In this document: in pieces, positions 63,901 to 64,000 of the stretch
Position numbering within the stretch: position 1 is the first letter of the stretch
Layout: each line of letters opens with the position of its first letter
From: Planctomycetota bacterium
Lineage (GTDB): Bacteria > Planctomycetota > JAJSAM01 > JAJVHW01
Direction of reading: 5' to 3'
Length of the DNA stretch: 64,000 nt
Assembly (NCBI GenBank): GCA_965248445.1
Contig: CBDFJG010000003.1
Location: forward strand, 448,001 to 512,000
The notes under the pieces: model-generated
Seen by the model: only the letters and a program-made list of their open reading frames with translations
Told to the model about the DNA's origin: nothing
Databases searched by the model: none
Translations under genes and position numbers: made by a program

Positions 63901-64000
63901 GGTGGCTCATCACGGGCGGAGCCGGTTTCATCGGCTCCAACTTCGTCCGCAGACTGCTGCGCGATCACCCGGGCGACCAGGTTGTGAACGTCGATTCGCT
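63897..64000 (+). CDS. rmlB: Probable dTDP-glucose 4,6-dehydratase, partial
   Basis: MRWLITGGAGFIGSNFVR...VNVDSL at the window end, after rmlD. Confidence 0.75.
   Translation, partial: MRWLITGGAGFIGSNFVRRLLRDHPGDQVVNVDS

Noticed and set aside
1..64000. tRNA, rRNA or CRISPR arrays
   Set aside because: None recognised by eye. A covariance-model scan would be needed to exclude them.

Overview
High-GC bacterial DNA, probably Planctomycetota (inferred from the extended ECF sigma factor, many HEAT proteins, an FGE-domain protein and an animal-type haem peroxidase). The window has two halves. Bases 1-~42030 are an IS-saturated accessory region that ends exactly at the CPCG codons of a 5'-truncated comM/yifB gene, so it looks like an island integrated in comM. 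It carries an ECF sigma factor, a glycosyltransferase, a HEAT/beta-propeller gene bracketed by a 120-bp direct repeat, a HEAT-RHS-FGE locus, a haem peroxidase, cusBA, a membrane/HEAT cluster and a group II intron 3' remnant. It also holds IS3, IS5, IS66, IS110, IS256, IS1380 and IS1182-like elements, several nested with intact target duplications. Bases ~42030-64000 are ordinary chromosome: glycosyltransferases, an RRM protein, moaC, mog-like, asd, accB, accC and a Wza/Wzc polysaccharide locus with nucleotide-sugar genes. The most striking signal is an IS110 (30470-32096, minus strand) whose bridge RNA can be read directly. Its four guide segments match its own donor junction and its insertion site, and that site appears to be the left end of a second, IS1111-type IS110 element. 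Several single-base frameshifts may be long-read errors. All calls come from motif recognition; no database search was run.
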